Shown in pieces: positions 17,831 through 26,313 of a stretch of DNA of 64,000 nucleotides. Position numbers and translations under genes: made by a program. The stretch's first letter is position 1, and every line of letters begins with the position of its first letter. Below the pieces are notes generated by a model. That model was not told the DNA's origin. It worked only from the letters and a program-made list of their open reading frames with translations, and ran no database searches. Source of the DNA: Eubacteriales bacterium (GTDB lineage: Bacteria > Bacillota > Clostridia > Oscillospirales > CAG-272); NCBI GenBank assembly GCA_045652425.1, contig JAZRUG010000035.1, positions 1,853-65,852 on the forward strand, in the 5' to 3' direction.

Positions 17831-18367
17831 ATGAACTTGAAGGGTACAAAAACAGAAGCTAATTTGCAGGCTGCATTTGCAGGCGAATCTCAGGCAAGAA
17901 ACAAATACACATACTTTGCATCTAAAGCAAAGAAGGAAGGTTACGTTCAGATTGCTGCTATCTTTGAAGAAACAGCAAAAAATGAAATGGAACACGCAAA
18001 AATTTGGTATAAGCTCCTCCACGACGGTGTAGGTACAACATCCGAAAACCTTCTCGACGCTGCTATGGGTGAAAACTATGAGTGGACTGATATGTACGCT
18101 ACTTTCGCTAAAGAAGCTAAAGAAGAAGGCTTCGACAGAATCGCTTACCTCTTTGAAGCTGTTGGCAGAATTGAAAAGGAACATGAAAACCGTTACAGAA
18201 AGCTCCTCGAAAGAGTTAACGGCGAAGTTGTATTCTCCAGAGACGGCGAAACAATCTGGCAGTGCTCTAACTGCGGTCATATCCACATCGGTAAGAAAGC
18301 TCCCGAAATGTGCCCCGTTTGTGAGCATCCCAAGGCTTATTTCCAGGTTAAAGCTGAAAACTATTAA
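17831..18367 (+). CDS. rbr: Rubrerythrin
   Basis: 178-aa ORF with diiron ExxH motifs ([16 protein letters not shown]) and a C-terminal rubredoxin-like CSNCGH ... CPVCEH. Confidence 0.93.
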   Translation: MNLKGTKTEANLQAAFAGESQARNKYTYFASKAKKEGYVQIAAIFEETAKNEMEHAKIWYKLLHDGVGTTSENLLDAAMGENYEWTDMYATFAKEAKEEGFDRIAYLFEAVGRIEKEHENRYRKLLERVNGEVVFSRDGETIWQCSNCGHIHIGKKAPEMCPVCEHPKAYFQVKAENY

Positions 18368-18374
18368 TGATTTT

Positions 18375-18402
18375 AAAAGGAACTCGAAAGAGTTCCTTTT
18401 TT
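18375..18402 (+). terminator. Intrinsic terminator of rbr
   Basis: AGGAACTC-GAAA-GAGTTCCT followed by TTTTTT. Confidence 0.8.
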
Positions 18403-18613
18403 ACCCCTTTTGCAAAAAGGGGTAAAACCCCAAAAAGCTTTATATGAACCTTTTTTACTTACTTTCTTTTAAGGAAAGAAAGTAAGCAAAGAAACCTTGT
18501 TTCTCTGGTTTATGCTATTACTTTTTATTTATAAGGCGCGGAGAGGAACCTCTCCGCTTTTCAAAGTTTTTGGGGGAGTTGAAGAGGGGACTTTTTTTAA
18601 AAAGTCCCCTCTT
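18401..18613 (-). repeat. Composite palindromic intergenic repeat, full copy 2 (inverted orientation)
   Basis: TTACCCCTTTTGCAAAAAGGGGTAA 18401-18425; CTTACTTTCTTT/AAAGAAAGTAAG hairpin 18458-18486; GCAAAGAAACC 18486-18496; GCGGAGAGG-AA-CCTCTCCGC 18538-18557 followed by TTTTCAAAGTTTTTGG 18558-18573; AAGAGGGGAC-T7A5-GTCCCCTCTT 18582-18613. Confidence 0.8.
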
Positions 18614-18681
18614 TACAATTGCAATTGTTTTTTATTTGTGGTACAATATTAATATAATAATGCAAATGCGAGGTAATATAT

Positions 18682-19632
18682 ATGAAAATAACCGTACTTG
18701 ATTCGGATGCTTTGGGAAGAGATTTAGACCTTACGCCATTAAACAGTGTTGGAGAGGTTACAGTTTACAATTACAGTAGTCCCGAAGAGGTAAAGGAAAG
18801 AATTGCCGATTGTGATGTCGTTATATTAAATAAAATAAAATTAAATGAAAGTAATTTGGGGTATGCAAAAAATTTAAAGCTTATTTGCATTGCGGCTACG
18901 GGATTTGATAACGTTGACGTTGCGTTTTGCCGTGAACGCGGTATTGCTGTATGTAATGTCGTTGGATATTCAACCAATAGCGTTGCTTTGATAACTATGT
19001 CTTTGGCGTTAGGCTTGGTGAGCCACCTGCGTGAATATAATGATTACGTAATTTCGGGCGAATATACAAAAAGCGGTATTCCCAACAGACTTGAACCTAC
19101 GTTCCACGAGCTTGACGGTATGACTTGGGGGATAATCGGACTTGGTACTATTGGTAAAAAGGTAGCCGGTATAGCACAAGCTATGGGGTGCAAGGTTATA
19201 GCCAATAAGAGAACCAAGATTGATGGGTATGATATTGTATCGGTAGATGAAATAATGGAAAAGTCCGACATCATATCAATTCACACTCCTTTAAACGAAG
19301 GTACGAAAGGGCTTATATCTGCAGAGAAAATTGCAAAAATGAAGAAAAACGCTATTCTTATAAACGTAGCGAGGGGCGCTGTATGTGATGAAAAAGCACT
19401 TGCTGAAGCTGTAAAGAATGACAAGATCGGCGGTATCGGCGTTGACGTTTATTCCGTTGAGCCTTTTGGCGTTGACCACCCATTCTATGAAATTAGAGAT
19501 AACAAAAAAGTTCTTCTTACTCCCCACAATGCCTGGGGCGCCTATGAAGCGAGAGAAACCCTCCTTGCCGGTATTGTCGAAAACATAAGAGCTTTCCAAA
19601 ACGGCGAAAAAAGATGCAGAGTTGATATATAA
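18682..19632 (+). CDS. D-isomer-specific 2-hydroxyacid dehydrogenase (glycerate/hydroxypyruvate reductase-like)
   Basis: 316-aa ORF with NAD motif GIIGLGTIGKKVA and the typical C-terminal LLTPHNAW. Confidence 0.85.
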   Translation: MKITVLDSDALGRDLDLTPLNSVGEVTVYNYSSPEEVKERIADCDVVILNKIKLNESNLGYAKNLKLICIAATGFDNVDVAFCRERGIAVCNVVGYSTNSVALITMSLALGLVSHLREYNDYVISGEYTKSGIPNRLEPTFHELDGMTWGIIGLGTIGKKVAGIAQAMGCKVIANKRTKIDGYDIVSVDEIMEKSDIISIHTPLNEGTKGLISAEKIAKMKKNAILINVARGAVCDEKALAEAVKNDKIGGIGVDVYSVEPFGVDHPFYEIRDNKKVLLTPHNAWGAYEARETLLAGIVENIRAFQNGEKRCRVDI

Positions 19633-19640
19633 TAAATCTG

Positions 19641-19669
19641 TTGACAATAAAGATATTTAGTGATATAAT
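19641..19669 (+). promoter_or_regulatory. Sigma-A promoter of the thrS leader
   Basis: TTGACA 19641-19646, a 17-nt spacer, then TATAAT 19664-19669. Confidence 0.7.
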
Positions 19670-19675
19670 ATTTAG

Positions 19676-19944
19676 AGTTAACAAAGGCGTTTGATGGAAA
19701 GAGTAGTTTTATTTCAGCCTTACAGAGAGGAAAGCAAATTGGTGGAAGCTTTCTATGGTGGGTAAAATGAAGACCGTTCCGGAGCCTCGGTGCTGAAAAT
19801 TTTATTAGGCAGCGACGTATCTCTGCGTTAAAGAGTTGTTTTGTGAGTGAAAAATCAAGGTGGAACCGTGCGATATTAAGAAAAGACGCACCCTTGACGG
19901 TCATTGGCTTTTTGCCTTTTTCCGTTAAGGGTGCTTTTGTTTTT
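19676..19944 (+). promoter_or_regulatory. T-box leader (tRNA-Thr sensing) with terminator/antiterminator
   Basis: Stem I elements TGATGGAAAGAGTAG and CAGAGAGG. Candidate specifier ACC at 19773-19775. T-box sequence AAATCAAGGTGGAACCGTGCG at 19851-19871. Terminator GCACCCTTGACGG / CCGTTAAGGGTGC (19888-19934) followed by TTTTGTTTTT. Confidence 0.85.
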
Positions 19945-20065
19945 CTTAATGAATAATGAATAGTGAAAAATGAATAATGAATAATTTAGGTGCGAATTTG
20001 TCTTTGTTAAAAAGACAAATTCGTTTAAATTAAAAATAAAAAATATTAAAAATATAGGTGATATT

Positions 20066-21865
20066 ATGAAAGTTATTTACAATGACGGCAGAGTTGACGT
20101 ATGTCCTCCCGAAGAGGAACTCCACGTTTTACGTCATTCCGCAGCACACATTTTGGCGCAGGCGGTAAAAAGACTTTACCCCGAAGCTATCTTTGCTTAC
20201 GGTCCTGCAAATGAAAAGGGTTTCTATTACGACGTTGACCTTGGCGAAACCAAGCTCGTTGAAGAAGATCTCCAGAAAATCGAGCAGGAAATGAAGAAGA
20301 TCGTTAAAGAAAATCTTCCCATTAAGCCATTTGTTCTCCCAAGAGATGAAGCTATCGCGCTTATGGAGAGCCGTGGCGAAAAATACAAAGTTGAACATAT
20401 CGGCGACCTTCCCGAAGATGCTGTAATCAGCTTCTTTCAGCAGGGTGACTATATTGATATGTGCGTTGGTCCTCATATTTGCTATACAAAAGCTCTTAAG
20501 GCATTTAAGATTATGGACCAGTCGGGCGCATATTGGAAGAATGACAAAAACAACAAGATGCTTACAAGAATAAAGGGTACTGCATTCCCCTCACAGCCTG
20601 AACTTGAAGAACACCTCAAGGCTCTTGAAGAGGCTGAAAAGAGAGATCACAATAAGCTCGGTCGTGAGCTTGGTTACTTTACGACCGTTGAAGAAATCGG
20701 TCAGGGACTTCCTATCCTTTTGCCTAAAGGTACTCGTGTTATCCAGCTTCTTCAGCGTTGGGTTGAAGATATTGAGCAGGAGCATAACTATCTCCTTACA
20801 AAGACTCCTCTTATGGCAAAGCGCGACCTCTATAAAATTTCGGGACACTGGGACCACTACCGTGACGGTATGTTCGTTATGGGCGATCCCGACGACGAAG
20901 AAAAAGAATGTCTTGCTCTCCGTCCTATGACTTGTCCTTTCCAGTATCAAGTATATCTCAATCAGGCAAGAAGCTATAGAGATCTTCCTATGCGTCTTGG
21001 TGAAACTTCTACACTCTTCCGTAACGAAGATTCGGGTGAAATGCACGGTCTTATAAGAGTTCGTCAGTTTACTATTTCCGAAGGTCACTTGGTGCTTCGC
21101 CCCGATCAGCTCGAAGCTGAATTTGAAGATTGCCTTAACCTCTGTAAATACTTCCTCGGTACTGTAGGTCTTCTTGAAGACTGCTCATTCAGATTCTCAC
21201 AGTGGGATCCTAACAATACAAAGAAATACGAAGGTACTGCTGAACAGTGGGAAACTGCTCAGGCTACTATGGAAAAGATTCTTAATAACCTCGGCGTTAA
21301 ATATGAAGTTGGTATTGATGAAGCCGCATTCTACGGACCTAAACTCGATATTCAGTATAAGAACGTTTTTGGTAAAGAAGATACTATCGTTACTATCCAG
21401 ATCGATATGCTCCTCGCTGAAAAGTTCGGTATGTACTATATAGACAGCGACGGTCAGAAGAAGCTTCCCTATATTATTCACAGGACTTCTTTGGGCTGCT
21501 ATGAAAGAACTCTTGCATACCTTATTGAAAAGTATGCGGGCGCTCTTCCTACTTGGATGGCTCCCGAACAGGTTAGAATTCTTACAATCACCGACAGAGC
21601 GCTTGATTATGCTAAACAGATTGAGGCTGAATTGTCAAAAGCTAAATATAGAGTTACTCTTGACGATAGCCAGAATACTTTGAAGTATAAGATTAGAAAT
21701 GCTCAAATGGAAAAGGTTCCCTATATGATTATTCTTGGCGATAAGGATATTGAGAATAATACTATTTCCGTTAGACATAGATCGGGTGAAGACCTCGGCG
21801 CTATTTCTCTCGATGAGTTTAAGACACTCCTCGCAGACGTTGTAGGTAATAAACTTAAAAAGTAG
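20066..21865 (+). CDS. thrS: Threonine--tRNA ligase (short form lacking most of the N-terminal TGS domain)
   Basis: 599-aa ORF with HSAAHILAQAV in the second additional domain, a class II catalytic core and anticodon-binding domain. It follows a Thr T-box. Confidence 0.97.
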   Translation: MKVIYNDGRVDVCPPEEELHVLRHSAAHILAQAVKRLYPEAIFAYGPANEKGFYYDVDLGETKLVEEDLQKIEQEMKKIVKENLPIKPFVLPRDEAIALMESRGEKYKVEHIGDLPEDAVISFFQQGDYIDMCVGPHICYTKALKAFKIMDQSGAYWKNDKNNKMLTRIKGTAFPSQPELEEHLKALEEAEKRDHNKLGRELGYFTTVEEIGQGLPILLPKGTRVIQLLQRWVEDIEQEHNYLLTKTPLMAKRDLYKISGHWDHYRDGMFVMGDPDDEEKECLALRPMTCPFQYQVYLNQARSYRDLPMRLGETSTLFRNEDSGEMHGLIRVRQFTISEGHLVLRPDQLEAEFEDCLNLCKYFLGTVGLLEDCSFRFSQWDPNNTKKYEGTAEQWETAQATMEKILNNLGVKYEVGIDEAAFYGPKLDIQYKNVFGKEDTIVTIQIDMLLAEKFGMYYIDSDGQKKLPYIIHRTSLGCYERTLAYLIEKYAGALPTWMAPEQVRILTITDRALDYAKQIEAELSKAKYRVTLDDSQNTLKYKIRNAQMEKVPYMIILGDKDIENNTISVRHRSGEDLGAISLDEFKTLLADVVGNKLKK

Positions 21866-21870
21866 AATAT

Positions 21871-21956
21871 AAAGGGAACTTTTTGAAAAAAGTTCCCTTT
21901 ACCCTCAAAAACTTTGAATAAAAGGGCTGTGATACTTAAAAAAGTATGCACAGCCC
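21871..21956 (+). repeat. Composite palindromic repeat, partial copy between convergent thrS and the DUF4234 gene
   Basis: AAAGGGAACTTTTTGAAAAAAGTTCCCTTT 21871-21900; CAAAAACTTTGAA 21906-21918; long hairpin GGGCTGTGATACTT...AAGTATGCACAGCCC 21924-21956. Confidence 0.75.
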
Positions 21957-21981
21957 CCTTTGTTATGTTTATATACGGTGA

Positions 21982-22404
21982 TTAACCTTTTTGGTTGTAG
22001 TCAGAGCAGAGAAGGTTCATAGCCTTGAGAAATTTGTGTGTGTAAACCAAAGGTCCGATTCCTATAAGTGAACCGATAACTCCCCAACCCCAGAACGTAG
22101 TTGCGCTAAAGTTGTAAGCAATGCCTCTTCTTTTAAGTTCGTTGCCAATTCTGTTGGAAATCTTGTGTGTCCAAACAATACCGCCAATACCTAATGTAAT
22201 GGGAGTTATTATGAATGCCATAAGAAGGTAGTGCATAGTCTTTTTTCCGTCATAACGGCTTGCGATAAGGTTAATATCCGATGAAATTACCGAATATAAA
22301 ACAAGTGGGTAAATGCCAAAGGTGATTATACTCAAAAGTATTGTTTTGAGCAAACCGCGAGATGTGTTAAGCTTAACTGCGGGAGCAGTATACATTTGAT
22401 TCAT
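21982..22404 (-). CDS. DUF4234-type small multi-pass membrane protein
   Basis: MNQMYTAPAVKLNTSRGLLKTILLSIITFGIYPLVLY... Start set at ATG 22404 behind AAGGAGG. Confidence 0.7.
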   Translation of the reverse strand: MNQMYTAPAVKLNTSRGLLKTILLSIITFGIYPLVLYSVISSDINLIASRYDGKKTMHYLLMAFIITPITLGIGGIVWTHKISNRIGNELKRRGIAYNFSATTFWGWGVIGSLIGIGPLVYTHKFLKAMNLLCSDYNQKG

Positions 22405-22492
22405 AAAACTGAACCTCCTTATAAAGATTAACATAATGGTAACACATTATGTCAAAATAGTCAATAAAATGTTGGAAAATAATTGAAATTTG

Positions 22493-22520
22493 TTGATTTT
22501 TTATGAAAAAGTGGTATAAT
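22493..22520 (+). promoter_or_regulatory. Candidate promoter of the DUF2752 gene
   Basis: TTGATT 22493-22498, a 16-nt spacer, then TGgTATAAT (extended -10, 22512-22520). Confidence 0.55.
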
Positions 22521-22543
22521 TGTGTATATAAAATAGCGGACGG

Positions 22544-22882
22544 ATGAAAATGAAAAAAATCAGTTATTTGAAAATAAAAATATTTGCAACTATATCATAT
22601 ATTGTTTTGCTCTTTGTTGCCGCAAAATTAGGTTTTTCTTGCATATTCAGAATTTGTTTCGGAATAGAATGTCCTGGTTGTGGTATGACAAGAGCCTTTC
22701 GTGCATTGACAGAGTTTGATATTGTATCGGCGTTTAAATACCACCCAATGTTTTGGTCTATTCCTATTGTGTATATCTATATTTTATTTGATCATCCGGT
22801 CATTACCAAGAAAATTGACCACTGGGTTTTGGTGATTGTTTTAATAGGTTTTATAATAAACTGGTTATTTAGAATTATTTAA
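22544..22882 (+). CDS. DUF2752-type membrane protein
   Basis: 112-aa ORF with CPGCGMTRAF, the motif I associate with DUF2752, plus 3-4 TM segments. Confidence 0.7.
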   Translation: MKMKKISYLKIKIFATISYIVLLFVAAKLGFSCIFRICFGIECPGCGMTRAFRALTEFDIVSAFKYHPMFWSIPIVYIYILFDHPVITKKIDHWVLVIVLIGFIINWLFRII

Positions 22883-22909
22883 ATGATTGTCGAAACTGCA
22901 GAAAATATG

Positions 22910-22938
22910 TTGACAAGGTGCGAAAATTATGTTATACT
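22910..22938 (+). promoter_or_regulatory. Sigma-A promoter of the two Zn-ribbon membrane protein genes
   Basis: TTGACA 22910-22915, a 17-nt spacer, then TATACT 22933-22938. Confidence 0.65.
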
Positions 22939-22973
22939 TTAACAAATAATTCTTATTTGTTAGGAGAATAATT

Positions 22974-23363
22974 ATGTTTTGTAAAAATTGCGGTCAGCCT
23001 ATGAATGACAATCAAGCTATTTGTTTGAAGTGCGGTGTGAAAACCGGTGACGGAAATGCTTTCTGCCAGAATTGCGGAAATCCCGTTGCTCCCAACGCAG
23101 ACGTTTGTCTTAGTTGCGGTGTTGCTGTAAAGAATACAGCAAACGGTCAGTATCTTGGCGGAAAAGATAAAATCACAATGGCGCTCATTTGCTTCTTCTT
23201 GGGTGGAATAGGCATTCATAACTTCATGATGGGTGAAACTAAAAAAGGAATTGTGAAGATCGTTGCATGTTTGTGTTTTGGAATTAGCGGTATTTTGGCA
23301 TTGATTGACTTTATTAAGATTCTTTGCGATAAGTATGTTGTTGACCCTAATGGTTTGTTCTAA
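22974..23363 (+). CDS. Double zinc-ribbon plus TM2-domain membrane protein
   Basis: CKNCG..CLKCG and CQNCG..CLSCG ribbons, followed by ALICFFLGGIGIHNFMMGETKKGIVKIV (TM2-domain pattern). Confidence 0.75.
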   Translation: MFCKNCGQPMNDNQAICLKCGVKTGDGNAFCQNCGNPVAPNADVCLSCGVAVKNTANGQYLGGKDKITMALICFFLGGIGIHNFMMGETKKGIVKIVACLCFGISGILALIDFIKILCDKYVVDPNGLF

Positions 23364-23448
23364 TACATAAAAATGAATCTAAAAATTCCTTCGATTACAT
23401 TCGGGGGAATTTTGTTTCTTGTATTTATATGATAGGGAGGGGTTTATA

Positions 23449-23772
23449 ATGTTTTGTCCAAATTGTGGAAATCAAGTTGACGATAAAGCGGTAGTATGTG
23501 TTAATTGCGGTCAACCATTGAGAGATTTTAACAGCGGAGCCAAAGATTCAAAAAGTGTTGGTTGGTGGTGGCTTGGATTTTTTGTTCCGTTAGCTGGTTT
23601 TTTGGTATGGCTTTTGACATCGGGGACTACGCCTATTAAAGCTAAAAGAGCAGGAATCGGTGCAATCGTTGGAGTAATCACCGGTATAGTGCTTTATATA
23701 GCATATATTGTGTTAGTGATTGTTCTTTCGGTTAGTTTTGCATCCTCATCTTTGCCGGCATATTATGTATAA
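23449..23772 (+). CDS. Zinc-ribbon membrane protein
   Basis: MFCPNCGNQVDDKAVVCVNCGQ followed by two TM segments (WWWLGFFVPLAGFLVWLL; IGAIVGVITGIVLYIAYIVLVIVL). ATG 23449 lies behind GGGAGGGG. Confidence 0.65.
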   Translation: MFCPNCGNQVDDKAVVCVNCGQPLRDFNSGAKDSKSVGWWWLGFFVPLAGFLVWLLTSGTTPIKAKRAGIGAIVGVITGIVLYIAYIVLVIVLSVSFASSSLPAYYV

Positions 23773-23778
23773 TAAAAA

Positions 23779-23807
23779 AGAGGCTTTTATAAAAGTCTCT
23801 TTTTTTG
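23779..23807 (+). terminator. Intrinsic terminator after the Zn-ribbon genes
   Basis: AGAGGCTTTT-AT-AAAAGTCTCT followed by TTTTTTT. Confidence 0.75.
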
Positions 23808-23819
23808 TTTTAGTAAATC

Positions 23820-23850
23820 AAAAGGATATGGAAAAATCCATATCCTTTTA
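23820..23850 (-). terminator. Hairpin/terminator downstream of argF
   Basis: AGGATATGG-AAAAAT-CCATATCCT. On the minus strand it is followed by TTTTGATTT. Confidence 0.65.
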
Positions 23851-23852
23851 GT

Positions 23853-24839
23853 TTACGCCAATGTTGCCGCCATAATAGCTTTTATTGTGTGCATACGGTT
23901 TTCTGCTTCGTCGAATACGATAGATTGTTCGCTTTCGAATACTTCGTCGGTTACTTCCATACAGTCAATTCCGTATCTGTTGAACAGAGAACGTCCTACC
24001 GATGTCTTGAGGTCATGGAATGAGGGGAGGCAGTGCATAAATCTGCACTGAGGACCTGCAATTTCCATAAGTTCTTTTGTTACTCTGTAATCAACGAGGT
24101 CATTAATTCTCTTTGCCCATACTTCGTCGGGTTCGCCCATCGATACCCAAACGTCTGTGTAAAGAACGTCTGCATTCTTTACTGCTTCCTTGGGGTCTTC
24201 GATAAACTCAAGAATAGCGCCTGTTTCTTTTGCAATCTCTCGGCATTTTTCAATAAGGTTGGAAACGGGGAAGTATTCTTTGGGAGAGCATGCAACGTAA
24301 TGCATACCCATTTTTGCGCATCCTACCATAAGTGAGTCGCCCATATTGTAACGAGCGTCGCCGAGATATACAAGCTTCTTGCCCTTGAGTGAGCCGAAGT
24401 GTTCCTTGATTGTAAGGAAGTCAGCCAATATCTGTGTGGGGTGGAACTCGTTTGTAAGTCCGTTCCATACAGGAACACCTGCATACTGTGCAAGTTCTTC
24501 AACGAGGTCTTGACCAAATCCTCTGTATTCAATACCGTCAAACATTCTGCCGAGAACGCGTGCGGTGTCTGCGATACTTTCCTTTTTGCCTATCTGTGAG
24601 CCTGTAGAGTCAAGATATACAGGGTGCATTCCCAAATCAGCCGCAGCTACTTCAAATGCGCAACGTGTTCTTGTACTGGTCTTTTCGAATATCAATGCGA
24701 TGTTCTTACCTTCGCAAAGTCTGTGGGGTATACCCGCCTTTTTCTGCGCCTTTAATTCAGCCGCATAATCTATAAGATAGTTGATTTCTTCAGGTGTGAA
24801 ATCGAGAAGCTTGAGAAAATGTCTGTTTTTGAAATTCAT
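23853..24839 (-). CDS. argF: Ornithine carbamoyltransferase
   Basis: [13 protein letters not shown] and FMHCLPSFH motifs. Start set at ATG 24839 ([14 protein letters not shown]) behind AAGGAG. The 66 extra N-terminal codons in the track run through repeat DNA. Confidence 0.96.
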   Translation of the reverse strand: MNFKNRHFLKLLDFTPEEINYLIDYAAELKAQKKAGIPHRLCEGKNIALIFEKTSTRTRCAFEVAAADLGMHPVYLDSTGSQIGKKESIADTARVLGRMFDGIEYRGFGQDLVEELAQYAGVPVWNGLTNEFHPTQILADFLTIKEHFGSLKGKKLVYLGDARYNMGDSLMVGCAKMGMHYVACSPKEYFPVSNLIEKCREIAKETGAILEFIEDPKEAVKNADVLYTDVWVSMGEPDEVWAKRINDLVDYRVTKELMEIAGPQCRFMHCLPSFHDLKTSVGRSLFNRYGIDCMEVTDEVFESEQSIVFDEAENRMHTIKAIMAATLA

Positions 24840-24880
24840 AATAATCTCCTTGTGTATTTTGTCTAAGGAACTTTTTGTAT

Positions 24881-25145
24881 CCGAGGGGGAAAACCATCTC
24901 AAACGCCGAAGTTTTTCCCCCTCGGGCTCCCCTAATCCTTGGCTGGCATGTAGGGGAAATGGGGCTAAAGAACTTTTTGAAAAAAGTTCCTTAGGATCCT
25001 CAAAAACTTTGAATAATGGGTTTTTATATAACTTCATTATTTAGTACAAACCCGAGAGGCAAAGTTTTTGGATTCTTAAACCTTTTTTCAAAAAGGTTTA
25101 AGGTGGATTTTTGGGTTCATAACCCTTTTTTTCAAAAAGGGTTAT
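24881..25145. repeat. Cluster of palindromic repeat modules between argD and argF
   Basis: 13-bp stem CCGAGGGGGAAAA/TTTTCCCCCTCGG 24881-24925; CTAAAGAACTTTTTGAAAAAAGTTCCTTAG 24965-24994; CAAAAACTTTGAA 25001-25013; inverted units GGCAAAGTTTTTGG 25058-25071 with hairpin 25075-25102; hairpin ATAACCC-T7CA5-GGGTTAT 25119-25145, which overlaps the argD stop codon. Confidence 0.8.
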
Positions 25146-26311
25146 GCCAATATTGCGTCTTTGATAATTTTAACTGCTTTTTCGAGTGCTTCCATAGGAA
25201 TATTAAGCGCGGGGAGGAGTCTGATCTTATCTTTCGCTGTAAGGCAGAGCACGCCGTTTTCCATACAAACTTTAAGAACGTCTGCTGCGGTCTTGTTTGT
25301 AGGTTTTATACCAATCATAAGACCGAGACCGCTTACGGACTCAACTTCGGGCATAGCTTTAAATGCATCAAACACATATTCGCTCTTCTTCTTAACGTCT
25401 GCGAGGAGCTTTTCGTCAATTCTTTCGATAATACTGATAGCGCCCGCGCAGCTAATGGGGTTACCGCCAAAAGTCGAACCGTGGTCGCCGAAGCCGAGAA
25501 CGTTCTGCACCTTTTCACCGAGCATAGTAGCACCCAAGGGAAGTCCTCCGCCTATACCTTTTGCTGTAGAAACAACGTCGGGTTCAATACCGTAGTTCAT
25601 ATAGGCATAAAGCTCACCTGTTCTGCCATTACCTGTCTGAACTTCGTCTATCATAAGAACTATATCGTTCTCTTTCGCGTATTTCGCAACGCCCTTTACA
25701 AACTCACCGTCGAGGGGAAGAACACCGCCTTCGCCCTGAATAATCTCCATCATAATACCTGCAACCTTGTTCGCTTCAACGGTCTTAATAAGCGCGTCGA
25801 GGTCATTTGCGGGAGTATGAACAAATCCGGGAGTAAGGGGTTGGAAAAGTTCGTGATAGTGGTCTTGACCTGTTGCCGAGAGGGTTGTCAACGTTCTGCC
25901 GTGGAAGCTATTTACGAGGGTTACTATAGTCGAATATTCAGCGCCCTTTTTCTCTGCGGCATACTTTCTTGCAACCTTAATCGAACATTCATTTGATTCT
26001 GCGCCCGAGTTACTGAAAAATACCTTTTTCATACCTGTCTTTTCGCAGAGCATCTTTGCGAGTTCAGCGCAAGGCTGTGTATAATAGAGGTTAGACATAT
26101 GCTGAACCTTATCGAGCTGTTCTGTTACAGCCTTTTTCCAAGCATCATCGGAAATACCAAAGCTGGTAACACCGATACCTGAACCCATATCAATATATTC
26201 TTTTCCGTTTTCGTCATATACGTAAGAGCCTTTTCCCGATACTATTTCAACGGGGAAGCGGTTATACGTACCTGCAACGTATTCTTTATCAATAATCTTT
26301 GTATCTGTCAT
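25142..26311 (-). CDS. argD: Acetylornithine aminotransferase
   Basis: 389-aa class III aminotransferase with DEVQTGNGRTG and the STAKGIGGG PLP-lysine region. Lies within the arg operon. Confidence 0.95.
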   Translation of the reverse strand: MTDTKIIDKEYVAGTYNRFPVEIVSGKGSYVYDENGKEYIDMGSGIGVTSFGISDDAWKKAVTEQLDKVQHMSNLYYTQPCAELAKMLCEKTGMKKVFFSNSGAESNECSIKVARKYAAEKKGAEYSTIVTLVNSFHGRTLTTLSATGQDHYHELFQPLTPGFVHTPANDLDALIKTVEANKVAGIMMEIIQGEGGVLPLDGEFVKGVAKYAKENDIVLMIDEVQTGNGRTGELYAYMNYGIEPDVVSTAKGIGGGLPLGATMLGEKVQNVLGFGDHGSTFGGNPISCAGAISIIERIDEKLLADVKKKSEYVFDAFKAMPEVESVSGLGLMIGIKPTNKTAADVLKVCMENGVLCLTAKDKIRLLPALNIPMEALEKAVKIIKDAILA

Positions 26312-26313
26312 CG

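Noticed and set aside
17789-18328. 179-aa minus-strand ORF
   Set aside because: It is antisense to rubrerythrin. Its product is Phe/Cys/Ser-rich mirror-frame sequence.
24840-25037. 66-codon N-terminal extension of argF (ORF track start 25037)
   Set aside because: The extension is translated from the palindromic repeat cluster. The conserved OTCase N-terminus begins at ATG 24839, which has an AAGGAG RBS.
25016-25996. 326-aa plus-strand ORF
   Set aside because: It lies entirely antisense to argD, whose translation carries clear class III aminotransferase motifs. Its own product is Cys/Phe/Asn-rich with no recognisable motif, and its 5' end starts inside repeat DNA.
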